A DNA stretch of 64,000 nucleotides. It comes from Nymphaea colorata. Taxonomy: Eukaryota. The DNA is taken from NCBI RefSeq assembly GCF_008831285.2, contig NC_045138.2:15004001-15068000 (forward strand), written 5' to 3'. Shown in pieces: positions 28,168 to 40,502 of the stretch. Under the pieces are notes generated by a model. The model did no database searches. It was not told where the DNA came from and saw only the letters and a program-made list of their open reading frames with translations. A program made the position numbers and the translations under genes. The first letter of the stretch is position 1. Every line of letters begins with the position of its first letter.

Positions 28168-29118
28168 GTGATGGAATCCACTCGTTCGACTGCCGGCACG
28201 CGCGTGCCTCTCAGTGTCGTCGGCGACGACTTCGGTTCCAAACGGGCCGGCGAGAGAAGGACGCCTTCTCGCCGTGGCTTGAAGAACAAACCAGCGGGTA
28301 AGTTTCTTTTTCTGAGTTCTCTCCGGTTATTGCACTTGTTCGGACGAATTCTTGATCTTGGAATTATCAGACAATGTTAGCATTCATAGAGTTTTCTTTT
28401 TGGCGACACCGGGGAGCAGTGCACTTCTATTCCTTGCTTTCAGAACAACAGTAGTTTTGCAAGGATTGGCCGATCTTATTTTTCATTTTTTTTTTCGAAT
28501 GGATTAGGGTGGCGGGTGGGCATCGGGCCGGGCCGCCCTGGCCCGGTAAGACCCGCCCCAGCCCGGTGAGACCCGGTCCGGGTCGGCCCGCTGAGGGAAG
28601 GTGGGGAACGCGGGAAGGGGGAAGGCCGATGGGGGAGAAGGAGTCAGGAGAGGTGGGGAAGGGGGATGAAGGAGATAACGACCTCATCTACAGGCTCTCC
28701 CTCGTCGGCCTCTCCCTCCGGGGCTCCCTCTCCCCTTTCCTCTCAAACTGCTCCGACCTCCAGGCCTTCGACCTCTCTTACAGCCATCTTACAACCAAAT
28801 CTCCGGCCCCATCCCTACCGAGCTCCAATCCCTTGTCAACCTCGCATCCTCAACCTATCCGCCAATAGCCTCTCCGGCCCTATACCTCCTCAGCTTGCCC
28901 TTTGTACCTACCTCAATATCATCGACCTCCACCGCAACCAGCTCACTGGCCCTTCCGTGACTCTTCCCCTCTATCCTCTCTCTTCCTTATGTTTTTCTAG
29001 ATTCCCAGGCAATCTATTGTAAGTTGGTATCAGATAAGAATATTTGTAACCAGCTAGTAGAGTCTCATGGAGTCTTTTCCAGAGACTAGTAGCAGCAAGT
29101 TATCATCAACCTCTTCGG
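28168..29118 (+). repeat. ~950-bp direct duplicate of ~30492-31490
   Basis: Collinear from atggaatccactcgttcgac to ttatcatcaacctcttc. Confidence 0.9.
28676..28951 (+). pseudogene. RLP44-like LRR receptor-like protein fragment
   Basis: [77 protein letters not shown], spread over shifted frames; no signal peptide or TM region. Confidence 0.78.
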
Positions 29119-29622
29119 GGATTGATGAAATCTCTGTAAGTATGTTTGCTTCAGTTATGGAATAAATTGTTAGTTTTCCTTACGATTATGTTTTGATATT
29201 TTGATTTTCAAGCATGTGTAGAGTAGTCTTATTTTCTACTATTTGCTTAGTCGAAGTTCACCTAAGTTCGCCTATATGATTGTTTGCCGTTTGGTAAAAG
29301 AGGAGCCTGAATAAATAAGAAGTTTCGCCTATATGACCAAATAAATAAAAAGCTAGTTGTTGCCCTAGAAAGAAATATAGAAATTAATATGGTAGAAACA
29401 AGTAGTATATCAGGATCAGAACATGAGCCTGAAACCTATGAACCTAGCATAACCTATATAGAATTAATGAACCAAGAACGAACTGAACAAATAACTGATA
29501 TGAAAATTAACATGAATACAATTGTTTGCTTTGCCATGATCAATCTCGTATTCTAACTGTGCTTGTTGTGTCGTGGAGACTCTCAACCTCCCCCACCATC
29601 AAAAGTGGCAGCAGAGAGCTCG

Positions 29623-30144
29623 ATGGAGTTGGATGCTGCTCAGACACTTGTAGATTTTGCGCGTCTTGCGCTGATGGAGAGCAGGGGGCTGGATTGCCAG
29701 CGTGGGGTCCAGATGAACTGGGGCCGACGGGGGTGCCGTACGGCGGTGCTGCGACGGAGATGCTCTTGGCAGGACGTGCAGGTTTGGCTCGCCATTCTTT
29801 ACATGCTCTCATGTTTTTCATTTATAGTTAGCTACCCCTTTCTTTTTTTGATGCTTTATAAGAATTTTGTTTATATTTGAAACTTTCTACAGGCCGAGAA
29901 AGTGGAAAAAAGGCCAAGGAGGATCAGTCAAGCAAACAGAGAATCTCTAAGGCAGGCTATCGAACAAACAGAGGTAATGATTTCCGTTTAGCTAAGCACT
30001 ATATTGGACTATAGGCTGCTTTCACTACATTTATTGATTCTATTCGAAGCATTTTGAATCGTGGTTTTTTTGCACTAGGCCCTCTGCGAAGAGTTGGCAA
30101 GGAAAGCTGCATACCTGTCATTAGAAGTCAACAAATTAAAACAA
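29623..30144 (+). pseudogene. More diverged bZIP62-like fragment (part of exon 1; exons 29893-29972 and 30079-30144)
   Basis: MELDAAQTLVDFARLALMES..NWGRRG; AEKVEKRPRRISQANRES; ALCEELARKAAYLSLEVNKLKQ with AG/GT borders. Confidence 0.75.
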
Positions 30145-31049
30145 GTAAGAATCATTACTTAGTTTTATTCTATGTTTCATTACTTGCTATCTACTTTGAT
30201 TTATTTTCTTATTTTATGTTTGCAGTTTGTTAATGCTAGTGGAGAGGAATGACTAGGCAGCGCATGGGACGCATGGAGTGTGTGAAATTTATTGTATCGT
30301 GCCTTATTGTTTTGAATGGTTGAAGAATCTAATAGATTTGTTAGTTGCAATTTTTATCATATTCTAGAGTATAATCTGGTGACTTCTTGGTGTTCCTTGT
30401 TTTGGAAGATTGAAAAATGCTAGTATTTTTGTTAGTTTCAATTTTTATCATATTCTAGAGTATAATCTGTGCCTTCTTGGTCTTTCCTAGAGCAATGGAA
30501 TCCACTCGTTCGACTGCTGGCACGCGCGTGCCTCTCAGTGTCGTCGGCGACGGCTTCGGTTCCAGACGGGCCGGCGAGAGAAGGGCGAATTCTCGCCGTG
30601 GCTTGAAGAACAAACCAGCGGGTAAGTTTCTTTCTCTGAGTTCTCTCCGGTTATTGCATTTGTTTGGACGAATTCTTGATCTTGGAATTATCAGACAATG
30701 TTAGCATTCATAGAGTTTTCTTTTTGGCGATACCGGGGAGCAGTGCACTTCTCTTCCTTGCTTTCAGAACAACAGTAGTTTTGCATGGATTGGCCGATCT
30801 TATTTTTCATTTTTTTTTTCGAATGGATTAGGGTGGCGGGTGGGCATCGGGCCGGGCCGCCCCGGCCCGGTAAGACCCGCCCCGGCCCGATGAGACCCGG
30901 TCCGGGTGGGCCCGGTGAGACCCGGTCCGGGTGGGCCCGGTGAGACCCGGTCCGGGTCGGCCCGCTGAGGGAAGGCGGGGAACGCGGGAAGGGGGAAGGC
31001 CGATGGGGGAGAAGGAGTCAGGGGAGGTGGGGAAGGGGGAAGAAGGAGA

Positions 31050-31330
31050 TAATGACATCATCTACAGGCTCTCCCTCATCGGCCTCTCCCTCCGAGGCTC
31101 CCTCTCCTCTTTCCTCTTAAACTGCTCCGACCTCCAGGCCCTCAACCTCTCTTACAACCATCTTACAACCAGATCTCCGGCCCCATCCCTACCGAGCTCC
31201 AATCCCTTGTCAACCTCGCCGTCCTCAACCTATCCGCCAATAGCCTCTCCGGCCCTATACCTCCTCAGCTTGCCCTCTGTACCTACCTCAATATCATCGA
31301 CCTCCACCGCAACCAGCTCACTGGCCCCTC
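31050..31330 (+). pseudogene. Second RLP44-like LRR fragment
   Basis: Paralog of 28676-28951 within the direct duplication. Confidence 0.78.
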
Positions 31331-31798
31331 TGTGACTCTTCCCCTCTATCCTCTCTCTTCCTTATGTTTTTCTAGATTCCCAGGCAATCTATTGTAAGTT
31401 GGTATCATATAAGAATATTTGTAACCAGCTAGTAGAGTCTCATGGAGTCTGTTCCAGAGACTAGTAGCAGCAAGTTATCATCAACCTCTTCCGTACGGCG
31501 GTGCGGCGGTGGAGAGCTGAGATTTGGGGGAAATCGTTCCAGGATTTCAACAAGCCTTGCTCTTGGTAGGATGCGCAGGTTCGGCTTGCAGTTCTTTGAA
31601 TCCTCTCCACGTTTGTCAAAGACCTTGGTGCATCTTATGTTTGTTTGGTCTTGTGCACTTTCTTCTATTGTTCCCCTCTATGCATTTTTATAAACACATA
31701 AAGTTATTTTTTCTTTAACGGAAAGTTGCTAAAAAGTTAAAGATTTAGAGGACTTCTGATATTGAGTCTCTGCTTTGTGGCGTTGAAACAGGCTCATT

Positions 31799-32125
31799 TA
31801 AGGGTGGGCATCGGGCCGGGCCTGGTCGGCCTGATGCGGCCCGTCGGGTAGGTGAGCCCGGGCAAGGCGCGGCCTGATAGCCCGAGTCTCGGCTAGGGCC
31901 GGCCAATTTAAAATTATAAAATAATTTTTTAATTATAAAATAATTTTTTAATTATAAAATAATTTTTTAATTATAAAATAATTTTTTTAAATATAAAATA
32001 TATTTATTAATAATAAATATATATTATTAAAAAATTAAAAAATTATTTTTTAATCTAAACGGGCTGACCCAGGCCAGCCTATCGGGCCCGAGCCCGGCGG
32101 TGGGCTGGCCCGATGCCCAGGCTTA
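31799..32125. mobile_element. Inverted duplicate of the MITE at 26151-26451
   Basis: TSD GGCTCATT is the reverse complement of AATGAGCC and the flanks are the same, so it was copied with its flanks rather than newly inserted. Confidence 0.88.
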
Positions 32126-32946
32126 GGCTCATTGCTCGAACAAACAAGCTCAGCAGTTACAAAAATGTCTCAACCCCATGCGAAAGAAAAATTGAAGAAC
32201 AGAAAATCCAATTAAGCCTTAAGAAGTGCTTCTCTTTTTTATGCTTTGCAAGAAGTTTGTTTATATTTGAAACTTTCTATAAGCCGAGAAAGAGGAAAGA
32301 AGGCTGAGGAGGATTCAAGCAAACAGAGAGTCTGCGAGGCAGACTATCAAACGAACACAACACATGTAACATTCAAGGTTTGTCTTGGCTTCCGTCGTTG
32401 CTGTAAATCGTACTTTCAAAGGGTGGTCCGGCACACTAAAGCACTACCGGAATATAACTGGGAAGAGCCGTACATTAATGAAGGCATTCAATGGCAGAAC
32501 CATTCAACTAATCAAGCTGAGTTGGGTTGGGCTGGACTAGAATTCATTCATTTAAGGGAGATGTCCGATATATCTAAAATCATGAAATTTTAAAATCATG
32601 AAACCATGTGGGGGGCATTTTTTTTGTGTCCCTAGTTTCAGAAGCATGCACGAAGCCCAAGCCGTCAACTTCACGTATTAACTAAAGTTACTCAAAAAGG
32701 GAATGGGGATTTCTTGCTCTGCATGTCTTCTCTGAGGTGATATTAAAATGCATTTTTGTTAATAAATATATTTTATATTTAAAAAATTATTTTATAATTT
32801 AAAAATTATTTTTTAATTTTAAATGGGCCGCGCCGGACCAGGCTCACCGGCCCGTCCTAATGCCCACCCTTATTTCAACGACACAAAGCAGAGACTCAAT
32901 ATCATAAGTCTTCTAAACTTTTAACTTTTTAGCAACTTTTCACTAA

Positions 32947-34071
32947 GGGGCCGTTTGATGACTTGGAAATCTGGAATTAGAAATATATTTCTAGAAATAT
33001 ATTTCTTGGAAAAAAGGAATGAGAAAAATCTTTTCGATTCTCATTTTGATGTGTGTGTGATGAATGAGAAAAAAATTTCCTTGAAACTTATTTCTTAGTT
33101 TGATGGATTGGAAATTTTTTTCCGCTTATTGTGTGAATGTGTCTATGCATTTTCACTGTTCAAGAATGCATGCCCTCCAAACAGCATGACAGTAGTTAGT
33201 TTAGAATTTTTACTAAAAACATGGTGCATCTAACTAATTTTGGTAAAGGATGCTGGATAAAAATGAAAATAAAGAAAAGTAACTGGGGCTGAAGTAAAAA
33301 AATTTTGTAAAAGGGGAACGACGTTTTTGTAAGAGGGGATCGACATTTTTTTCTTTCGTTTCATTTCTCAGCGTCGTCTTTTCTTTCTTCACCTGCCGGC
33401 ATCGATTTGTGGCTGGAGACCGACCAACTGTGGCTGGAGGCGATTGACAGTTCGGGAATGGCGACGGAAGAAATGGCTGTCGACAACCACCAGCGATTGA
33501 CGAAATGGTAGCGAGATGAGGCGTTTTTTATCTATTTCTGTTTGTTTTAGGTTTTATTTTTCTTTATCACCGGAAAAACCAACGGCCGATGGTTGCAATA
33601 AACGCCGGCGATTTCTAGTTATATTTCTGTCTCTTTGTCTATCTCTTAGTCGCTTTCTCTCTTTCTCTAACCCTTTGGCATTGAAACCCTTTGTCATGAC
33701 TATGGGTCGCCGAAAACCAAGAAGCTGAGGCTGTCGTCTCCGGCTTCATTACCGTCTTCCTTTTACAAATGGTCGAAGCCGCGGAGAGATGCCGTTCCTA
33801 TGGTAGAAGAGCTGCTGCGGTCCTGCGGATGGGAGAAGAGGAGGCTGAGGCGCTATTGTGAAGAGTGACGGAGAAGCCCAACGGTCATTTTTTTATTTCC
33901 GGAAAATTTTTTCCACCCCTTTCGGTGGAAAGAAATTTCCGGAAATATATTTCCGGAAAGGATGGCAACGGTTACATTTTTCTTCCCTAGTTTGATGAGG
34001 AGGAAAAATTTTTAAAAATTTGAATTTTTTTTCTTGGTGAACAGGAGATTTCCTGCCCGTCAAACGGGCCC
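32947..34071. mobile_element. Non-autonomous PIF/Harbinger (Tourist-like) element, 1125 bp
   Basis: TIRs GGGGCCGTTTGA / TCAAACGGGCCC; TAA TSD (32944-32946, 34072-34074). Paralogous empty sites read cactaaa(g)aaaa at ~26530 and ~54072. Confidence 0.9.
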
Positions 34072-34229
34072 TAAAGAAAAAATAACTCCATCTATTCTGT
34101 GTTTATCAAAATGCATAGAGGGAACAATAGAAAAAAGTATACCAAACCAAATAAACGTAAGATGCACCAAGCTCTTTAACCAGAAATGACAAACATGGAG
34201 AGGATTCAAAGATCGGCGAACCGATCCTG

Positions 34230-34616
34230 CCAGGAGCAAGGCTTGTTGAAATCCTAAAATGATTTCCCCAAATCTCAGCTCTCCACCGCCGCACTGCCGT
34301 ACGGCACCCCCATTGACCCCATTTCATCTCGACCCCATGCCGACACTCGAGCCCCCTTGCCCGCCATCAGCGCAAGCTGCGCAAACTCTGCATGTGCGTG
34401 AGTAGCATCGAGCTCGATCTTCACCATTGGATCCCGTCCAACATTGCCAGAAGGCTCGTCCTCCAGAGTCATCGACCTTTCTGCCACTGCATCCAAAGGT
34501 TCCAAGAGCTTATCCGAGGATGGATCTGCACCTCTTCGGAGCTCGCCAGGAGTTGGGTCGGAGTTCGAGGTGGCATTGGAGCAATAAACCCTAGTTTTGT
34601 CTCCGTCTGTAGCCAT
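34230..34616 (-). pseudogene. bZIP62-like exon 1 copy including a candidate ATG
   Basis: MATDGDKTRVYCS...DPMVKIELDATHAHAEFAQLALM, then MKWG.. in a shifted frame; compare recalled ELEAAEALADLAQLA..KWG motif. Confidence 0.7.
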
Positions 34617-35808
34617 TGAAGAGGGGAAGCACAACCATTGAAGAGGGGAAGTACAAGGGCGGAGGGAGGGGGGCCCGCCTAGGCCATGGCCCCTGGACAA
34701 TGAAAAAAAAAATTTACATTGAAAAAAATAATATTTTTTAATTGTGTCATATTTAAATTTAATTTGGCTCTACCCAGATCCAGAGGTTGGATTGTCTGTC
34801 CGTCCCTGAAAAAAATCCTGGCTCCACCTCTAAAGAAGCAGCTACCGCTCTCTGGTTCAGAAGGGAAGAAAGGAAGTGGAAAATGGTGCTAATACCCCGA
34901 AGGGGGAGGTTGAGAGTCGCCATCTTGCTTGGCCGCCACCACTTCTGATGGTGGGGGATGTTGCTTCAAACGTCGCCCTTTTCTTTCTTTTGATGGTGGG
35001 GAAGGTTGAGAGTCACCACGACACATCGAGCACAGTTAGAATACGAGAGTACCAGAAGATGGATGGTAGAGATCATGGCAAAGCATTCGGCAATCTCAGC
35101 TTTCTTAAGTGCAGCACATAACTAAGTAGCTGATCACTTCAACCCACTGTGGCACTTACTCGGTGGATCCATCCGTCGATTCAGTGATTCATTTCATTCA
35201 ATCAGGAATTTGAAACATATTATTATATTTATTTTTCAATAAAATAACAAAAAATGTTTAGATGATTAAAAATACCAAAAATTTAAATTGAAAAGATTGA
35301 ATAGTACGCAAAAGAAATTGTTATTGAAATGGGCTTATTCATTTAAGGTCTCATGAAAGAAGTTGGCTCATGTTCAACAGCACGTTAATGGCTGAAACAA
35401 GTGAAAAATGGTAAGATACTTACACTGAAAAATGGCATGATCCGGACCTGCTAGGCTTGCCCATGATCCAATGTGTCTATCATTGTTTTTGCTGTTGGGT
35501 AGGATGCATACCAACTTTGGATACGGATCTGGGTCCTGGATCAACTCATGACCTTATTATTGTCACTGGTCTGGTCGGTCCTGCTAGGTCTTTGTCATTC
35601 TGACTATGGGATAAACATGCCTTGAATTTGCCTACACGATCACATTCATGACAAAGTACCCCTACCATTATTTGGACCCTCAATGTTATTTAGATCCAGA
35701 TTTTGTACAATACCCGTAGTTGCTAGTAGGTTGCTGATCACATGTTCCGTAATTAAAAGCCTACGTCAAAGTGTAGGCAAATTCAACATCCAAAGAACTT
35801 TGACGTAT

Positions 35809-36061
35809 CAAAGAATTTTGAATCATAGGGTGGGTATGGTGTGGGCGAGGGCTTCGCGTCGAGACCGGGCGGCGAGAGAAGGACGCGTTGCTTTCAGAAG
35901 CACCCTGCGCGTGAGTTTCTTCTAGTTGAAAGATTGAATAGTATGCAAAAGAAACTCACGCGCAGGGTGCTTCTAAAAGCAACGCGTCCTTCTCTCGCCG
36001 CACGGTCTCGACGCGGAGCCCTCGCCCACACCATACCCACCCTATGATTCAAAATTCTTTG
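35809..36061. repeat. Foldback inverted repeat: 113-bp arms, 27-nt loop, 3 mismatches
   Basis: Arms 35809-35921 and 35949-36061 are reverse complements. Confidence 0.95.
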
Positions 36062-36083
36062 GAGGAGAACTAATGGTGAACTA

Positions 36084-36392
36084 ATGGAGAGGGCAAGTGC
36101 AAGCTTGGCAGATGGAGGAAACCCCGTATCTGGTTTTCACTCTAAAGCTCTTGCCCTCATACCCATCGTTGGAACCAATGATCCCTCAAACCATGAGAAC
36201 TTCGTCCTGGCAGATCTAGATTCGAAAGAACATGCTTCTCCCCTGCCTCAATGTTCAATTCTTCATTCGTCAACACAGTTTCAAGATAAACATAAGTATA
36301 ATAAGAGATTGACAGATGCGGCTGCTACAACTGAAGCCAGAAAGAGAAGGAAAGAGCTCATAAGCATAACCTATTCAAATTTTTTGGACTAA
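36084..36392 (+). pseudogene. C-terminal fragment of the bZIP62-like gene
   Basis: ..KRLTDAAATTEARKRRKELI.. resembles the recalled C-terminal DAxAAAEARKRRKELT motif of At1g19490 homologs. Confidence 0.7.
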
Positions 36393-39310
36393 TCCTGAGC
36401 ATTGGAACTGCTGTTTTCTTTGTCTGGTGCCTCGTGTCAAAAGACCTAAGCATCGGATTGTGTAAGACGTAATCTATGTAACAAGAAATCCACTTTATAG
36501 ACAATGATGAGCCTCTCGGGAGAACACTGCCTTGCGCGATACTTCAAAATTTTCTTACAGCAATAGGATTTAGCTTTTCTTTCATATGCCAAAGAGATGA
36601 AATTCGATCGAAGTGTACGAGTTGCAAGAACAGTTGAGCACGAACTGCATGTATTAATGAGGTCCGGCACGCGATGTGGTCTGTGCCATTGTTTAATGTT
36701 TTCCTGTGTGATTATCCAATGTTTCTTTCCATTACTTTTACATGGTTGTAGTCAGCGTTTTCTGTATTTTTCAAGCAAGGAATGTTTCTGCACTTGTGCA
36801 CTCACTTTTGATTGTCCTGTTTTATTTTCTCCTGAAGTACTTGATCGGCAGACACGAAATTTAAGGCGCACGACGAGCTCATCGGGCTATGCCAACTGCT
36901 TGTAAGGGAGAAAATAAGAACTACAAAATCAACAAGATTTTGTCTGAGCAGCATGATCTCGAGGTGGGTTCCAATTTCCAACGCCCAACTTAACAAACAG
37001 CTTGGAATTTGAATACATGATTTGCTTCTAATCAAACCAGGGGGTTGGCCTTTCAGATGCTCCTTTTCCATGTATCGCCAAGATATAAAGGAAGAAGACA
37101 GTCAGAAGCAAAATTGAAAAGAAAGTACTTTAGCCTTGATTTTGAGTTTATTGAGTGCCTCTGCCTTTCCACGACAGCCTCATTAGTTGGTGCGTCCAAC
37201 CCAAGCGAATGATGTTGAGCATATGCAGCCGCTGGCAACTGAGCATTCCCAGTCGCAAAGAGGAAGACGGGCGCACCTGCGAAAGCACTGCCAGATGTTC
37301 AACCGCAGCTTCTCATTGTTCAACATACATCAATATGAGTTGTCTGAGCTTCATGCTTTCGCAAGCTTATGAACCCCGATTGGTTATTTGCAGTTCTTTG
37401 ATGTTGATATTGACGCTCGTTGCTGACATCAAATTTTAGGTTTAAACAGCCTGATCAGCTGGACCCACGTTAAGAATGGGCACGGTAGCAAATGTGCACT
37501 TGACATGAGATGGCAACTGATAATTTGATGATCCATTACATGTAGTAGCCATTACGTGCACATCTCAATTCAGATGCATTTGGAGAGAAATCTTGCACTG
37601 CTAATGAGACAACAAAGAGGAAGGTGGTTGATGCGTCTTTGGCCGTAAGGATTATCCTTCCGCAAAAAAGAAGACACATATTGGAGTGTGAAGAAAGAAG
37701 AGAATAATGTTTGAAGAAGGAAGAGTGGGGGAAACTTTACGTGTAGATAATAAAGCATTCAGAAAAAACATAAGAAGAAAGCAATTGCAGCACAAATTAG
37801 TCTTTTTGGCTTTTTTTTTTTTGGCATCTTGGAACTTTTAGTCGAAGACGAATAATAAGCTCTTCAAAATGGAATGTTCCTCTCAAATCATGTAACTTAA
37901 TGCAAGTTCTCTTTAACACTTGTACAAGTAACCTTTCCTTAAAGCTCACAGGACAAGAAAATACAGGCGTTTTCCACTAACTTCTTCGAAGCTTTAAAAA
38001 AATACCATTTCATGAGGTACATAGTTTCATGTTTAAGTGTTCTGGCCTACATGGTTTCAAGCTTAATATGCTGGCCACGTATGATTTGCTACCATAATGT
38101 TTGAATATTTACTAGAGAGAGAAGGGAACGGTAGACTTTAATTTCACTCTATTTATTGTCGGTCTCATGAAAGAAGTTGGCTCATGTTCAACAGCATGTT
38201 ATTCCACATATATCCAAGTCGTGAATATTCAATTGGGTTCCACTCAGGAATTCCACGCTGGTTCGAATCATTCAATTGGGTTCACCCGAAAAAGCAAGGG
38301 AAAGACATTCTTTGGTTGGAAATTTGCTTTCCTTTCTCGCAAAGGTGTTAAATCCAAACCGTTCATGGACTTTCCGATAAAACTTAGCTAATTAGGCAAA
38401 TGATGGAAACAATCCTGATACCTTTTTATAATTGTTGCTATCAATATCGAATCATCCCCTTTTGCGAGGATCTCCTTTTCGAAATTGGGTAAAGTGCCAC
38501 ACCCTATTTTCACAATGAATTTAGTTCTCTCTGCATTAATGGATTTAGATTGTGATTGGTCAATCATATTGACTGAATTAATTGGCATCTATAACCAGTT
38601 TTAAACCCGGACCAAGCCTAATCAAGTCTACCTAGCAGTATGTCCAATTCATTGAGCTGGTTGAGTCTTAATGCAACCTTCTTTCTCGTATCTGCGTCTT
38701 CATCGAGTGCAACACACTACAGAAAATTCTTCTCAGATATTGATGGTCACTCATTCAAAGTCATGAGATAAAGTTGATACATATTAATCTACGTATTAAC
38801 AATATGTCCCTTAAAGTCTCTATAAGAGGTTGTTTGGTAATAATAACTGTTATTATTTCATGAATCTCCATAAAAAAGCAGGATAGATTCATCGAATACT
38901 GCAACGTACTATTTAATGGATCTGTATGATAAATTAATGGAACAACAACAGTAAATTCATGGAACAACAACAGTATAATACTAATGTCAAACATTCATAT
39001 GTCTTGATGGATCCCCTTTGAACAAAGTTTTACATTGTCCACCTTATGGATCTCGAAGTCCTGATTAACTAGGATTAATTTGAAGGATACAATGACAAAT
39101 AATGCAGACTCTTGACCTCTTTCATCTGGAAGGTGAAAACGTAATTATGTTATGTCTTGAGAACTTGTTCTAACATAACAGTAATTGTTGTTTTGTTTTT
39201 TGTTTTTTTTTTTTAAATTAAGCTCCTCATTTGATTGGTTAAAAGTATTAAGTATAGAACAATTTACATGGTAACTGTAACATAGACCCTAGGAGATGCA
39301 TCAATGAATG

Positions 39311-39381
<71 letters not shown>

Positions 39382-40466
39382 CATGTACACAGACTAAGTT
39401 ATATCCTACAAAGATCTAATCTTAAACAATTAACGAAGGCATTGACTTAATATAAATGCATATTGCGCTCAATTATTTTTACTTTTGCGATCCATGCATC
39501 GGTCTGGAGAAATCATAATGAAAGCAATGTTTAAATAAACAAGTCATATAAATAAAATAGTACATGTTAATAACCAATAGCTATAACAATGAGCCAAAAC
39601 TGAGTTACAAACAAACAAAAACAAGTAAAAGAAAGGAATTTGGAATAATTTTGGTCCAGATTACTTGTAAGACCCAATCCGAGACTGACCTGAGTTCTTG
39701 AGTTCTCGGCATACCCTATAAGATTGAATACATATAAAGAAAAAAACAAGCATATTTCACACCTAATATTGCAAACTTCAACTATCTGCCCCTCAAATAG
39801 ACTCCTTCAAAAACCTGCCATTGTGTGGAGTATCAAGCTGTTGAAAACTAATTTCCAACTCAGGTGCTCGACTTGAATAGTTTAATTCTCTTGGTAGAAA
39901 GACAGAAGACATGATGTTTAAAACCACAAGATAACGGATGGAAAATGATACTGAATAAGAAATCTAACGTACCCATACATGAAAGAAAAAGATTTGTAAA
40001 CAAGCATAAGATGTTCAACTATTTGTGATGGTGGTCCATTAGCTCTGTTCTTATGCATAAACAAGTGATCTATAGCAAAAAATTTCTGGTTCTACTTTTG
40101 TCATTGTTTGTGGTCAAGCTTAGTTTGACTCCTTGAAGATAGTTATGTGAGGATATAGGGATGTCAATTAAAATATCTGACCGAACCATTGGTTTCCAAA
40201 AACTAGCTAGTTTTCTACAACACAACCCATGAATCAAGCTGATGGACCGCTAGTGTCTGCCATTGAACCAGTCCATTCATTCCAAGGACTTCTGTCTGTT
40301 CCAGCTCAGGCATAGGCAGATTCAAGCACATGGCGCAAACTCTCACCCACACACTCGCACTCTCTTTTTCTATTATATAAATAACATGGATTCCTCCAAC
40401 GGTGAGAAAAATCCCTCAAGTAGCCCAATGTTTTTTTTGTTTGGGTTGTGTCAATGAGGTGGGATG

Positions 40467-40502
<36 letters not shown>

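Noticed and set aside
29022..29035. TGGTATCAGA resembling a tRNA-Met primer binding site
   Set aside because: Only 10 nt match, the paralog reads TGGTATCATA, and there is no TG..CA LTR or gag/pol sequence nearby.
34655..34832. GGGCGGA..TCCACCTC MITE-like remnant
   Set aside because: TIRs are degenerate and no convincing TSD is present.
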